Shown here piece after piece: positions 1-8,346 of a stretch of DNA of 64,000 nt. A model generated the notes under the pieces. It was not told the origin of the DNA. It did no database searches and saw only the letters and a program-made list of their open reading frames with translations. The position numbers were made by a program, and so were the translations under genes. Source of the stretch: a candidate division WWE3 bacterium CG08_land_8_20_14_0_20_40_13 (lineage in GTDB: Bacteria; Patescibacteriota; WWE3; 0-14-0-20-40-13); the NCBI GenBank assembly GCA_002774285.1, contig PEYT01000004.1:4345-68344 (forward strand), written 5' to 3'. The first letter of the stretch is position 1; every line of letters starts with the position of its first letter.

Positions 1-943
1 AAAGAAAAGTTTTAAGAAGATCAATCTTTTCCGCGGGTTTTCCGCATAAAAGTTTGGCAATCTTTTTATTTGTTAGCGCTTTAATATAACCATCCTCCTG
101 CCCCATAATGTAATCTGCAATGAAAATCGGTTTTCCTAAGAGTCCTGCCTCCACAGACATTTGGGCAACGGAAAAGGCAAGAACGCATCTGCTTTTAGCC
201 ACCCAATCAGCCATTTCTTGTTCATTTAACCAACTTAAAAACCGCAAATTTCTTCTATTTTTAAACTCTTTTGATTTTTTTTCATAAAATTTTGTGTTTT
301 TTCCGCAGACAAAAACGAATGTGTAGGGAGTATCCTTAAATGTTTCCGACATGATTTTGATATATTTATCCGTTTTATGTATCCATCCGCCACCCGCTGT
401 GACAAGAATGATATTCTCCGTATTTGTTTTGGGGTTGAAATAAAAAGCCGGTCGGGCTAAAGGTCCCGAAAGAAAGATGTCGCTTTTTTTAACTCCCATC
501 TTTTGCACTTTGGAAAGGTCGTTTGGCCAGAAAGCCAAGTATTTATCGGCGCGCGGCTTTGCCATATATGCCATGTGAAGCACTGGGTCCAAAAGAACCA
601 TCATTGTTTTGGCGTGGCAAACTGGATGAATAAACGGATGTGTTGATATTACAAGATCGAATGATTCAAGGTTACACTTTAATTTTCCTAATCTTTTTTC
701 CAAGCCATGAGTTGCCGCTTCTATGTAAAGGTTGGCGACGGGCATTCTATCGGTAAGATTAAAAAGAGATCGGTAACTTTTTGGGGATTTGGTTAATATC
801 TTGTAAAGATCTCCGTTTACTTTGGGGATAACATCAAAAACCTGCGCCGAATGACCCCAGATTTTTATCCAAGATTCCAAAGCTGTCGCAACAGAAAAAT
901 GACCTTGTCCTCCGGTTCCGGTTAATACCGCAATTTTTTTCAT
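1..943 (-). CDS. GT-B glycosyltransferase, MGDG synthase/GT28-like (3' end runs off window)
   Basis: Manual translation from ATG at 943: MKKIAVLTGTGGQGHFSVA..., DLVISTHPF, ILVTAGGG, FVFVCGKN, GKPIFI...GQE motifs; absent from ORF track because truncated. Confidence 0.75.
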   Translation of the reverse strand, partial: MKKIAVLTGTGGQGHFSVATALESWIKIWGHSAQVFDVIPKVNGDLYKILTKSPKSYRSLFNLTDRMPVANLYIEAATHGLEKRLGKLKCNLESFDLVISTHPFIHPVCHAKTMMVLLDPVLHMAYMAKPRADKYLAFWPNDLSKVQKMGVKKSDIFLSGPLARPAFYFNPKTNTENIILVTAGGGWIHKTDKYIKIMSETFKDTPYTFVFVCGKNTKFYEKKSKEFKNRRNLRFLSWLNEQEMADWVAKSRCVLAFSVAQMSVEAGLLGKPIFIADYIMGQEDGYIKALTNKKIAKLLCGKPAEKIDLLKTFL

Positions 944-950
944 GCGCAAG

Positions 951-1706
951 TCACTTTAGCTCAAATGTTACAGTTACCGTTTTTTGAATATTTGTTGACC
1001 CGGGCTCCACAGGAACGCTTCCACCTCCGCCCATTCTGCCATAATCTGCTTTAAGCACAGGGTAGGGTGACGATGTTCCGCCTTCGGCCACATTTAATAC
1101 TTCACCAAGCCTTTTTCCCGAGGATCTAGCTATTATGTCGGCTTTACTTCTTGCATCATTTATCGCCTCTCCAAGCAAGGATTTTTCTATTTCTTTAGTA
1201 TCTTCTATGGAAAAGCTGGGGCCATATACATTGGTGGCTCCCGATCCTGCCAAGAGTGTTGCTAAATCGGAGGCTCTTTTTACATCTTTAAGATTTATGG
1301 TTACTGTGTTCAAAACATTCCATTGTCCGGGTTTATATTTTTGACGGTCTCCTTCGTACACATAATCCTGATTTTGATAAATACTTAAATTTTGCGTTTG
1401 GATATCCGTTTCCGCGATTCCAAAATCTTTAACCGCTTTGGTAATGGCAGAAATTTTGTCATTAACTTCCGCTATAGCCTTTTCTTTACTATCGTTGTAT
1501 GTGCTAACGCCGGCAGAATACGAAGCCACTTGATTGGCCTCCTTTTTCTCTGACATTCCAGAAACAGTTACCGATTTCTGATAGCTGTAAGTTAGGTTTC
1601 CCCAATTAATATTCCGCCACGGAAAAAGATATGAAAGAAGAAGAATGATAACCGTTGTAAATAAAACCAAAATCATTGCCTGCAGTGGAAGTTTTGAAAA
1701 ATTCAT
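951..1706 (-). CDS. SIMPL/DUF541 family protein
   Basis: N-terminal TM, VTVSG, YGPSFS, A..DAR.KA..IA, V.VTFEL pattern; start chosen at ATG 6 nt after TATAAT. Confidence 0.85.
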   Translation of the reverse strand: MNFSKLPLQAMILVLFTTVIILLLSYLFPWRNINWGNLTYSYQKSVTVSGMSEKKEANQVASYSAGVSTYNDSKEKAIAEVNDKISAITKAVKDFGIAETDIQTQNLSIYQNQDYVYEGDRQKYKPGQWNVLNTVTINLKDVKRASDLATLLAGSGATNVYGPSFSIEDTKEIEKSLLGEAINDARSKADIIARSSGKRLGEVLNVAEGGTSSPYPVLKADYGRMGGGGSVPVEPGSTNIQKTVTVTFELK

Positions 1707-1764
1707 ATTCGTATTATAGATATGAAACAAACTTAAGCTATTAATGATCTTATCGTATCAAAAA

Positions 1765-1818
1765 TTAAAAAGAAAAGAAAATAGAAAAGCGGCATCCACA
1801 ATTATATTTGGACACCGC
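1765..1818 (-). terminator. Intrinsic terminator downstream of the Lys-rich micro-ORF
   Basis: Minus strand GCGGTGTCCA-loop-TGGATGCCGC stem (two G-U pairs) followed by TTTTCTATTTTCTTTT. Confidence 0.7.
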
Positions 1819-1842
1819 CTTCCTGGGGGTAATGGAAAGTGG

Positions 1843-1884
1843 TTACTTTTTGCCCTTCTTTGCTTTCTTCTTTTTTGCAGCCAC
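1843..1884 (-). CDS. 13-aa lysine-rich micropeptide MAAKKKKAKKGKK
   Basis: AAGGAGGTGA (1891-1900, exact complement of this window's 16S 3' end) 6 nt before GTG; TAA stop; terminator follows. Confidence 0.65.
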   Translation of the reverse strand: MAAKKKKAKKGKK

Positions 1885-1992
1885 AATTTCTCACCTCCTT
1901 GGGTAAATATATTGAGACGAAATTTAATCGATTCTCAATGATTTAAATTAAAGACTATTTATTTTGGGAGTCAATAGATACTTTGTCGGGAA

Positions 1993-2538
1993 TTATTCGC
2001 GGCAACAGTTTATGGCTTTTGTAACAAGGTTTCCAAGGGTATCAAAAATGGAAGACTTAAAAATAATTTTTGAAATTTTTTTATCATCTTTTAAAAAATT
2101 AATATTTGTATCGTCAATTTTTGGAAGGGATTTCTTATCGATAACTTTTAGATTTAATCCCCAAAAAAGACTATACAATTTGTAAGCCTTATCAAACATT
2201 CCTTGCGCCTCTTTATTGTCCCCTTTTCCTAGCATTTTTGTTCCAACTTCAATAAGGCGCATGGATCCGGCTAGGAGATGTTTGCTAATGCACCATATTT
2301 CCCCTTCGTAATCTTTAACAATTTTTGCTAAAAGTTCCTTGCGCATTTCACGAACCTCTCTTAAAATTTCATAATATCTTTCTTTTTTTGTTTTTTCCGC
2401 GGTAAAAAAAAGATGTTCCTCGATGCTGATTAAATTCATTATCCCGATAGATAAATCTTCATCAGAGGAAAGATCCAGCTTTCCACCGTTTTCTAATTTT
2501 TTCACTTTTTCCAGAAGCTCGTTTACATCGTTAGTCAT
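1993..2538 (-). CDS. Hypothetical helical protein (WCISKH motif, C-terminal CCRE)
   Basis: 181-aa ORF coupled (ATGA overlap) to upstream membrane gene. Confidence 0.75.
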   Translation of the reverse strand: MTNDVNELLEKVKKLENGGKLDLSSDEDLSIGIMNLISIEEHLFFTAEKTKKERYYEILREVREMRKELLAKIVKDYEGEIWCISKHLLAGSMRLIEVGTKMLGKGDNKEAQGMFDKAYKLYSLFWGLNLKVIDKKSLPKIDDTNINFLKDDKKISKIIFKSSIFDTLGNLVTKAINCCRE

Positions 2539-3035
2539 ATTGTTAAGTATAACGCTAGGCTTAAAACAAGTAAAAGCGAAACTGGGACGATAACCTTTTG
2601 ATAAGGAAAATATACTGTGCCTTGGTTTTTTCTTCTCAAAAAATTCTCAATCCCTTGGGAAATAATGAAAGTTACTAGCCCTAGGAAGATTCCCAAGGCT
2701 AATTTGTCTACGCCAAGGACTTTATTTAACGGATTGCCAAAAAAATCTTTAAGATACAAGGGTGCTACGATCAAAATCAACATCGCAATGGTTGAAATTA
2801 CTTCTCTGTTTGGAACTGCAACTTTTTTTCTTTCCAAAAAAGTAGCCAGCCATAATCCGGAAGCTATTATCATGGCTCCAATCCATAATCCCGTGATAAT
2901 GTCATCAACTCCAAAATACCGAGAAAGTCCTATCCCCGCGCCAACGGCTAGTGTACAAACCGGACAGACAGCGAAAGCGCTTTGCGCAAAAAAGAAAAGT
3001 GAGAATAAGAGAAAGAAAAAAGCAACAGCAATCAT
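2535..3035 (-). CDS. Membrane protein with signal peptide and CPVC motif
   Basis: Signal-like N-terminus ending AFA, then VCPVC and ~4 TM segments; ATG 1 nt after upstream stop. Confidence 0.75.
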   Translation of the reverse strand: MIAVAFFFLLFSLFFFAQSAFAVCPVCTLAVGAGIGLSRYFGVDDIITGLWIGAMIIASGLWLATFLERKKVAVPNREVISTIAMLILIVAPLYLKDFFGNPLNKVLGVDKLALGIFLGLVTFIISQGIENFLRRKNQGTVYFPYQKVIVPVSLLLVLSLALYLTI

Positions 3036-3036
3036 A

Positions 3037-3411
3037 TTACGGCAACCCGGCCTTACTTCGTAAGTAATTTTTTGCTTCATCAATTCCTATAAAACATTTG
3101 CCATTGGCGAACAAAAAGGGAACCCCGACGGTTTCCATGCCTAGGTTGCAGGATTTTGCTACCTCAACGAGTTCTTTGGAATTTTTGGCATTGCCATAAA
3201 CTTCTTTTTCTTCGAAATTTACTTTTTCTTTAATTTTATTTTCTTCAATGTATTTTGCTAAATCTTTGCAATGGGGACAAGTATTACCAAAGTAGAGAAC
3301 AGTTTTCGAGGTATCTATTTTGGAAGCGGGTTTACCGGATAATGAGGATACTGCCAAAAAAGCTAATCCTGCCACAATAAAAATTAATCCGCTAAAGGTT
3401 AATTTCCCCAT
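3037..3411 (-). CDS. Membrane-anchored glutaredoxin/thioredoxin-fold protein
   Basis: N-terminal TM, CPHC active site, GVPFL cis-Pro motif, second Cys pair. Confidence 0.8.
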   Translation of the reverse strand: MGKLTFSGLIFIVAGLAFLAVSSLSGKPASKIDTSKTVLYFGNTCPHCKDLAKYIEENKIKEKVNFEEKEVYGNAKNSKELVEVAKSCNLGMETVGVPFLFANGKCFIGIDEAKNYLRSKAGLP

Positions 3412-3610
3412 GCCGAGAAATCTATCAAATATATCGATGTTCATCAATGACTTATCGTTTTTCAGTAAATAGGGGGGTTCCCGATTAGTACAGTTTGTTA
3501 TTGTAAAAAGCATCTTAAAGAGAGTAGTATACAGGAAGTGATACAATTTGGGGGGTTCGCACACAAGGATTTTATAAGATGAGTAGCCGTGTGAGGAACT
3601 CCTTAAATGT

Positions 3611-4882
3611 ATGAGTACAAGCACCAAAAATCAAAGCAAAATATTGGTGGATATAGGGTCTTCTACTGTTAAGGTCTACAAGCAGAAAGGAAGTGCTGTC
3701 AGCCCGCTTTTTACAAGGTCGATACCATTTAAGGAGCGGTTTGATCAAGATATAGGAATTTATGAGCCAAACAAGACCGAGCTTTTTGAACTTCTTAACG
3801 AGATTAAGGACAAACACCCAGATTCACAAATAAAGTTATACGCGACCGCTTTATATCGAAAACTTACCACAAAGGCAAAAACAGAATTGATATATGAGGT
3901 GTTTGTGAGAACTGGACTATTCTTTAACATAATCTCCCACGAGCTGGAGAACTTCTATTTAGAGATCGCCCTTGTAGGAAAATATACTAAAGATGAGCCT
4001 GTTTTGCTTGTCAATATCGGGGGTGGTTCCACGGAACTTGTCGCCATGTATGGAAACGAAGCGGTAGAAAAACGCAATATAGATTTTGGGGTTGGAACTA
4101 TACTTACAAATTTTCCAAAGTTAAACGAAAATTATTCTGGCCATGATTTGCAAGAAGTAGTTGAGAGCATCAAAGAAAAATTACCGGAACTGCAAAATGG
4201 GTTTAGTACCGCTATTTACAATGGTGGGGAATTGACCTATATGAGGCTTGCAAAATATAAATTAGATAAAAACTTAATTTTTTCGGATCCGAATCACCCA
4301 AATACAATCTCTGCCGAATATTTTCTCAAGAGGAATAGGGAAATCTATAGCGAAGTGTCAATTAACGACCTAAAAAACCTAATGCCCGACAATCCTAATT
4401 GGATGTTGGGATCCAGAGCTTGCTGTGCCATTGCGCAAGCCGTGTTCGATAAATACAATGTAAAAACAATCGTCCCGTCAGATTCGAATTTGATCGATGG
4501 TGTTGTAAGACAGGAGTTTAGGTATGTAACAATAAGCGGTAGCTTTAGAAAACATCTGCCCTACATCTTAGAAGCAAGAAAGAAACTTGTGGAAGGAAAG
4601 GTCCAAGTTTTAAGCTCACGTTTTACCGAGCCAAAGAATCCCGGGGAGGAATTTGTAGTTTTTACTGGGGAGGAGAACGCAACACCCTTGGAATTGGAAA
4701 GGCACCACCTAGATTCAATTAATAGGTCAGATGCTTTGATAGTATGCGATCCTGAAGGATATGTAGGAGCTTCTGCTTTAATCGAGATTGGATATGCGCA
4801 ATCAATTGGTAAAAGGATAATATTTACAGAAAAACCCGAAGAATTCATGCTCAACACTTTGCCACGGGAGGTTGGTTTGTAG
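3611..4882 (+). CDS. Ppx/GppA-like ASKHA domain fused to nucleoside 2-deoxyribosyltransferase-like domain
   Basis: DIGSSTVK, ATALYR, NIGGGSTE motifs; C-terminal ISGSF...SDALIV...GYVGASALIEIGYA..GKRI. Confidence 0.75.
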   Translation: MSTSTKNQSKILVDIGSSTVKVYKQKGSAVSPLFTRSIPFKERFDQDIGIYEPNKTELFELLNEIKDKHPDSQIKLYATALYRKLTTKAKTELIYEVFVRTGLFFNIISHELENFYLEIALVGKYTKDEPVLLVNIGGGSTELVAMYGNEAVEKRNIDFGVGTILTNFPKLNENYSGHDLQEVVESIKEKLPELQNGFSTAIYNGGELTYMRLAKYKLDKNLIFSDPNHPNTISAEYFLKRNREIYSEVSINDLKNLMPDNPNWMLGSRACCAIAQAVFDKYNVKTIVPSDSNLIDGVVRQEFRYVTISGSFRKHLPYILEARKKLVEGKVQVLSSRFTEPKNPGEEFVVFTGEENATPLELERHHLDSINRSDALIVCDPEGYVGASALIEIGYAQSIGKRIIFTEKPEEFMLNTLPREVGL

Positions 4883-5061
4883 GAAAGTGAGAATATGGGT
4901 CGTATCCGGGGTAGGCTTCAGTTTCTACGATAAGTAAACTAGTCACCAATCCGGAAAATTCCGTTTGCAACACACACCCGACAAGTTCTCTAGCAACTAC
5001 CAGAGAGGGACGAACAAAGAAATTTCGACCTAGGGGCGTAAATTGTCAGATTTTTTCCCAT
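4851..5061 (-). pseudogene. mpg: DNA-3-methyladenine glycosylase (MPG) 5' remnant
   Basis: Frame reads LGRNFFVRPSLVVARELVG...IVETEAYPGYDPYSH; SD GGAGGGG + ATG 5061 is out of frame across an A6 run; similarity ends at ~4885. Confidence 0.75.
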
Positions 5062-5302
5062 GATCCCCTCCAGTGATTTTTTGTGAACTCTCCACGCCCG
5101 CGTCAGACGCGGTGTGGCATCTTCCTCCGCTTTCGTCAAGTAGGACTTGACGAAAGTATTTATAGGATTCATCCACACCCCCCAGCAATGCTCGATGATG
5201 GGGCTTTCTCTAAATCTTGGAGAATCCATTGTGAATTTTATCACAACACTTCGCTAAACATAGGTTGGAAAAGTTGTTATAATAAAAGAGGAGGTGATGA
5301 TT

Positions 5303-5887
5303 ATGATCTTTTTAATCCCGTTAATTGTTGTTATTGGCGTTGCTTTGTACGCTGTTTCGGTTTACAATTTTTTGGCTTCGGCTAAAGTTAGAATAAAAGC
5401 GGCCATTCAGGAGATTGGAAATCAGCTAAAGCGTCAGGCAGAGCTTATTCCAAATCTTATCGAAGCGACCAAAGGGTATATGAAGCACGAAAAGGAAATC
5501 TTTGAAATGCTTTCTAAGGCCCGCCAAAAAGTAGACTCCGCTGTAAAATCGGGAAAGGTTTCTGATATGGTTTTGGCAAACGACTCTTTGGTCAAGATGA
5601 TTCCGCAACTTACAGCAACATTTGAAAGTAATCCAGAAATTAAAGCCAGCGAAGTAGTAAAAGATTTAATGAGTAATCTTACCGATACTTCGGACAAGGT
5701 CTCTTACTCACGCAGACTTTTGATAGACTTGACTGCGGATTACAATGCAAAGCTTGTTACTGTCCCATCCAGCTTTGTGGCTGGTTTGTTTGGATTTAAA
5801 GCCGAAGAAGGGCTTAAGATGTTAGACGCAGGTTTGTCGCTAGAGGTTTCGGTAAACGAGGTAAAGACACCCAAAGTTAGTTTGTGA
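5303..5887 (+). CDS. lemA: LemA family protein
   Basis: N-terminal TM, YN.L, QLKR..LIPNL, HEK, E.NPE.KA; SD AGGAGGTG; adjacent to htpX. Confidence 0.9.
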   Translation: MIFLIPLIVVIGVALYAVSVYNFLASAKVRIKAAIQEIGNQLKRQAELIPNLIEATKGYMKHEKEIFEMLSKARQKVDSAVKSGKVSDMVLANDSLVKMIPQLTATFESNPEIKASEVVKDLMSNLTDTSDKVSYSRRLLIDLTADYNAKLVTVPSSFVAGLFGFKAEEGLKMLDAGLSLEVSVNEVKTPKVSL

Positions 5888-5892
5888 TTAAT

Positions 5893-5941
5893 AATTCGGG
5901 AGGATCCCGTTTCGGGATCCTCCCGAATTGGGATCCTCCCG
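5893..5941. repeat. Palindromic element, GGGAGGATCCC type (three units)
   Basis: AATTCGGGAGGATCCCG-TTT-CGGGATCCTCCCGAATT plus an extra GGGATCCTCCCG; same units at 31503-31537. Confidence 0.85.
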
Positions 5942-5946
5942 GTTTT

Positions 5947-6855
5947 ATGGCCCAAATAATCAATTTTTACGAACGGCAAAGTGAAAATATTGCCAAAACA
6001 TTTGGCCTTTTAATAGGTTTTGTGGTTCTTTTTTCTCTTTTCGCTTATTTTATAGGTTACATCTATAACGGCTCCCAGTATTTTTTGCCATTCGCTTTTC
6101 TTTTTTCGCTTGGCACTTCATTTGTCAGTTTCTATTTTAGTGAATCCATTGTTCTTGCCGCCTCCAAAGCACATAAAGCAAGTAAAAAAGAATATTTTAA
6201 TTTTTATACCGTGGTCGAAAACATCTCTCTTGGAACTGGACTTCCGATGCCAAAGCTATATGTGATAGATGATTCTGCCCCAAACGCCTTTGCAACCGGA
6301 AGAGATAAACATCACGCCTCGATCGTCGCGACAACGGGGCTTTTGGAATCACTTAATCGCCCGGAATTAGAAGGGGTCATGGCGCACGAACTTTCTCATG
6401 TAGGAAATAACGATATGTTACTTATGACGGTTGTCGCGGTTCTTGTCGGTACCGTTGTTATGGTCATGGATTGGTTTTGGCGGGTGCGGATTAGAGTGGG
6501 GGATGACGACGATAAAAAATCAGGCGCAATTTTTCTTGTTATCGCTTTAGTTTTCGCAATTTTAACACCCCTAATTGCCCAGCTTATTAAATTTGCGATT
6601 TCCAGACAAAGGGAGTTTTTGGCGGATGCAACGGCCGTTAAATACACAAGAAATCCTACCGGTTTAGTAAATGCTCTAATAAAGGTCGCAAGTTCAAAGG
6701 AACCTTTGGAAGTTGCAAATAAGGCGACCGCTCATTTATATTTTGAAAATCCCTTAGATAATGTGCAAGGAAGCGAAGGCGTCGGCTTTCTGAAGAATCT
6801 CTTTTCAACCCACCCACCGGTTTCCGAGCGCATCAAAAGACTTCAAGAAATGTAA
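5947..6855 (+). CDS. htpX: Zinc metalloprotease HtpX (M48)
   Basis: PNAFATG, HELSH, SRQREFLADA, THPP..ERI; start moved downstream of the palindrome. Confidence 0.92.
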   Translation: MAQIINFYERQSENIAKTFGLLIGFVVLFSLFAYFIGYIYNGSQYFLPFAFLFSLGTSFVSFYFSESIVLAASKAHKASKKEYFNFYTVVENISLGTGLPMPKLYVIDDSAPNAFATGRDKHHASIVATTGLLESLNRPELEGVMAHELSHVGNNDMLLMTVVAVLVGTVVMVMDWFWRVRIRVGDDDDKKSGAIFLVIALVFAILTPLIAQLIKFAISRQREFLADATAVKYTRNPTGLVNALIKVASSKEPLEVANKATAHLYFENPLDNVQGSEGVGFLKNLFSTHPPVSERIKRLQEM

Positions 6856-6881
6856 AGAATCCTTTAGCTGATACCATTTTC

Positions 6882-6910
6882 TCTTCCACTTCGGAAGTGG
6901 AAGATTTTTT
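6882..6910 (+). terminator. Intrinsic terminator after htpX (possibly bidirectional)
   Basis: TCTTCCACTT-CGG-AAGTGGAAGA followed by T6. Confidence 0.8.
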
Positions 6911-6962
6911 GGTGCTACGAATCAAATCTCACCCAAAGGCAAGTCCTTGATTGTAGCAGGCG

Positions 6963-7242
6963 TCATAGACGATGTCTGTGATTTCTTCTTCTGGACGGCG
7001 TGGTGGTGGATGTCCGGTCTGTTGGAGTGATCCTCATGCCGTCCCAGCAAGCGAGCTTGAAGTTTACCCCGTTTGCTGTAGCAAGTGCTGACTGACCACT
7101 CACATCAAGAACCACCGCCTCAACATCCGTTTCCACATGTTGATCACTGGCGCCGGCGTGGATGATTACAACCTGTCCACGCTGTAGGTTTTCAATTACT
7201 GCCCCCCCCCGCGGCGTATCCGGTCATTCCATGGCAAGGCAT
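6963..7242 (-). pseudogene. Orphan ~92-aa gene interrupted by +1 frameshift in a G9 run
   Basis: SD AAAGGAG, ATG 7242, MPCHGMTGYAAGG then G9 (7202-7210); G8 would give AVIENLQRGQVVIIHAG...RRRNHRHRL*; span is 93 codons + 1 nt. Confidence 0.6.
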
Positions 7243-7317
7243 TTTAGTTCTCCTTTCTATCGGAAATATGAGATGAGCTGAAGCAGTGGTGGGACAAAGA
7301 TGATCCCAATTTGAGAT

Positions 7318-8322
7318 TTAAACTGTATTTATGGGATTGCCTTCGATAAAAGATTCAATATTCAAAACTGTAGTATCAAGAATTCTTTGCAACGCTTCTT
7401 TGGAATTAAAAGCGTTATGTGGGGTAACAATAACATTTGGCAAATTTACCAAAACATGATTTTGCGCCAATGTTAAAAGATTATGTCTTTCTGTTGTCCC
7501 TTTTGTTAATAGCTCCCGTTCCTCCGCCAAAAAAGATTCTTCCTCCAAGACATCAAGACCAGCTCCGGCGATCTTTCCTGATTTTAGAGCGTTAAAAAGA
7601 GCTTGCGTTTCAATTAGCCCTCCTCTTGCGGTATTTATCAAATACGTCCCGTCCTTCATTAAATTAATATTCTTGTCGTTTATTATATGTTTGGTTTCTT
7701 CACAGGAAGGGCAATGTAGAGTCACGATATCAGATTCCGCGAGAACTTCATTTAAAGATTTATAAGCAAAGCCTAGATATTTTTCTAAGTCCTTTTTGGG
7801 GAATGGGTCAAAGGCTATAGCATTCATGCCAAAACCTTTGGCAATTTTTATTACATTAACCCCAATTTTTCCGGTTCCAATAACTCCTAAGGTTTTTCCT
7901 TTTAGATCAAATCCTGTAAGACCGGTGGGATCAAACGATCCCATCTTGACCCGCATTGTCGATTCAATAATTCTTTTCATTAATGTCAAGATCAGGGCAA
8001 AAGTATGTTCAGCGACAGTATTAGATCCATACTCCGGTACATTGCAAACAGTAATGCCCTTTTTTTTGCAGTATTTAATATCAATATGATCAAACCCGGT
8101 AGATTGAGTAACAATAAGTTTTACTTTAGGAAGTTTTTCTAAGATCTCTTTGGAAAATTTGGAATAGACAAATCCCGAAAGTATTTCGCATTTTTCAACT
8201 AGTGTAATATCCACTTGGGAGACAGGTCTATCAAAAAGGACCAGTTCGCATTTATTGGGAAGCGCTTTTTGGAAAAACAATTTTTCTTTTTCGTCGGTGT
8301 CAAAAAAGGCAGTGCGGATCAT
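7318..8322 (-). CDS. D-2-hydroxyacid (D-lactate) dehydrogenase
   Basis: GVIGTGKIG, INTARG, LDVLEEE, TPHNAF. Confidence 0.9.
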   Translation of the reverse strand: MIRTAFFDTDEKEKLFFQKALPNKCELVLFDRPVSQVDITLVEKCEILSGFVYSKFSKEILEKLPKVKLIVTQSTGFDHIDIKYCKKKGITVCNVPEYGSNTVAEHTFALILTLMKRIIESTMRVKMGSFDPTGLTGFDLKGKTLGVIGTGKIGVNVIKIAKGFGMNAIAFDPFPKKDLEKYLGFAYKSLNEVLAESDIVTLHCPSCEETKHIINDKNINLMKDGTYLINTARGGLIETQALFNALKSGKIAGAGLDVLEEESFLAEERELLTKGTTERHNLLTLAQNHVLVNLPNVIVTPHNAFNSKEALQRILDTTVLNIESFIEGNPINTV

Positions 8323-8346
8323 ATCAATTAGTATAGAATATATAGA

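Noticed and set aside
3412-3627. Long N-terminal extension of the Grx-like ORF, or the missing 3' half of mpg
   Set aside because: No recognisable motifs in the frames I read; probably a divergent promoter region
5884-5946. N-terminal extension of HtpX (MINNSGGSRFGILPNWDPPGF)
   Set aside because: It is the translation of the palindromic repeat; ATG 5947 gives a normal-length HtpX
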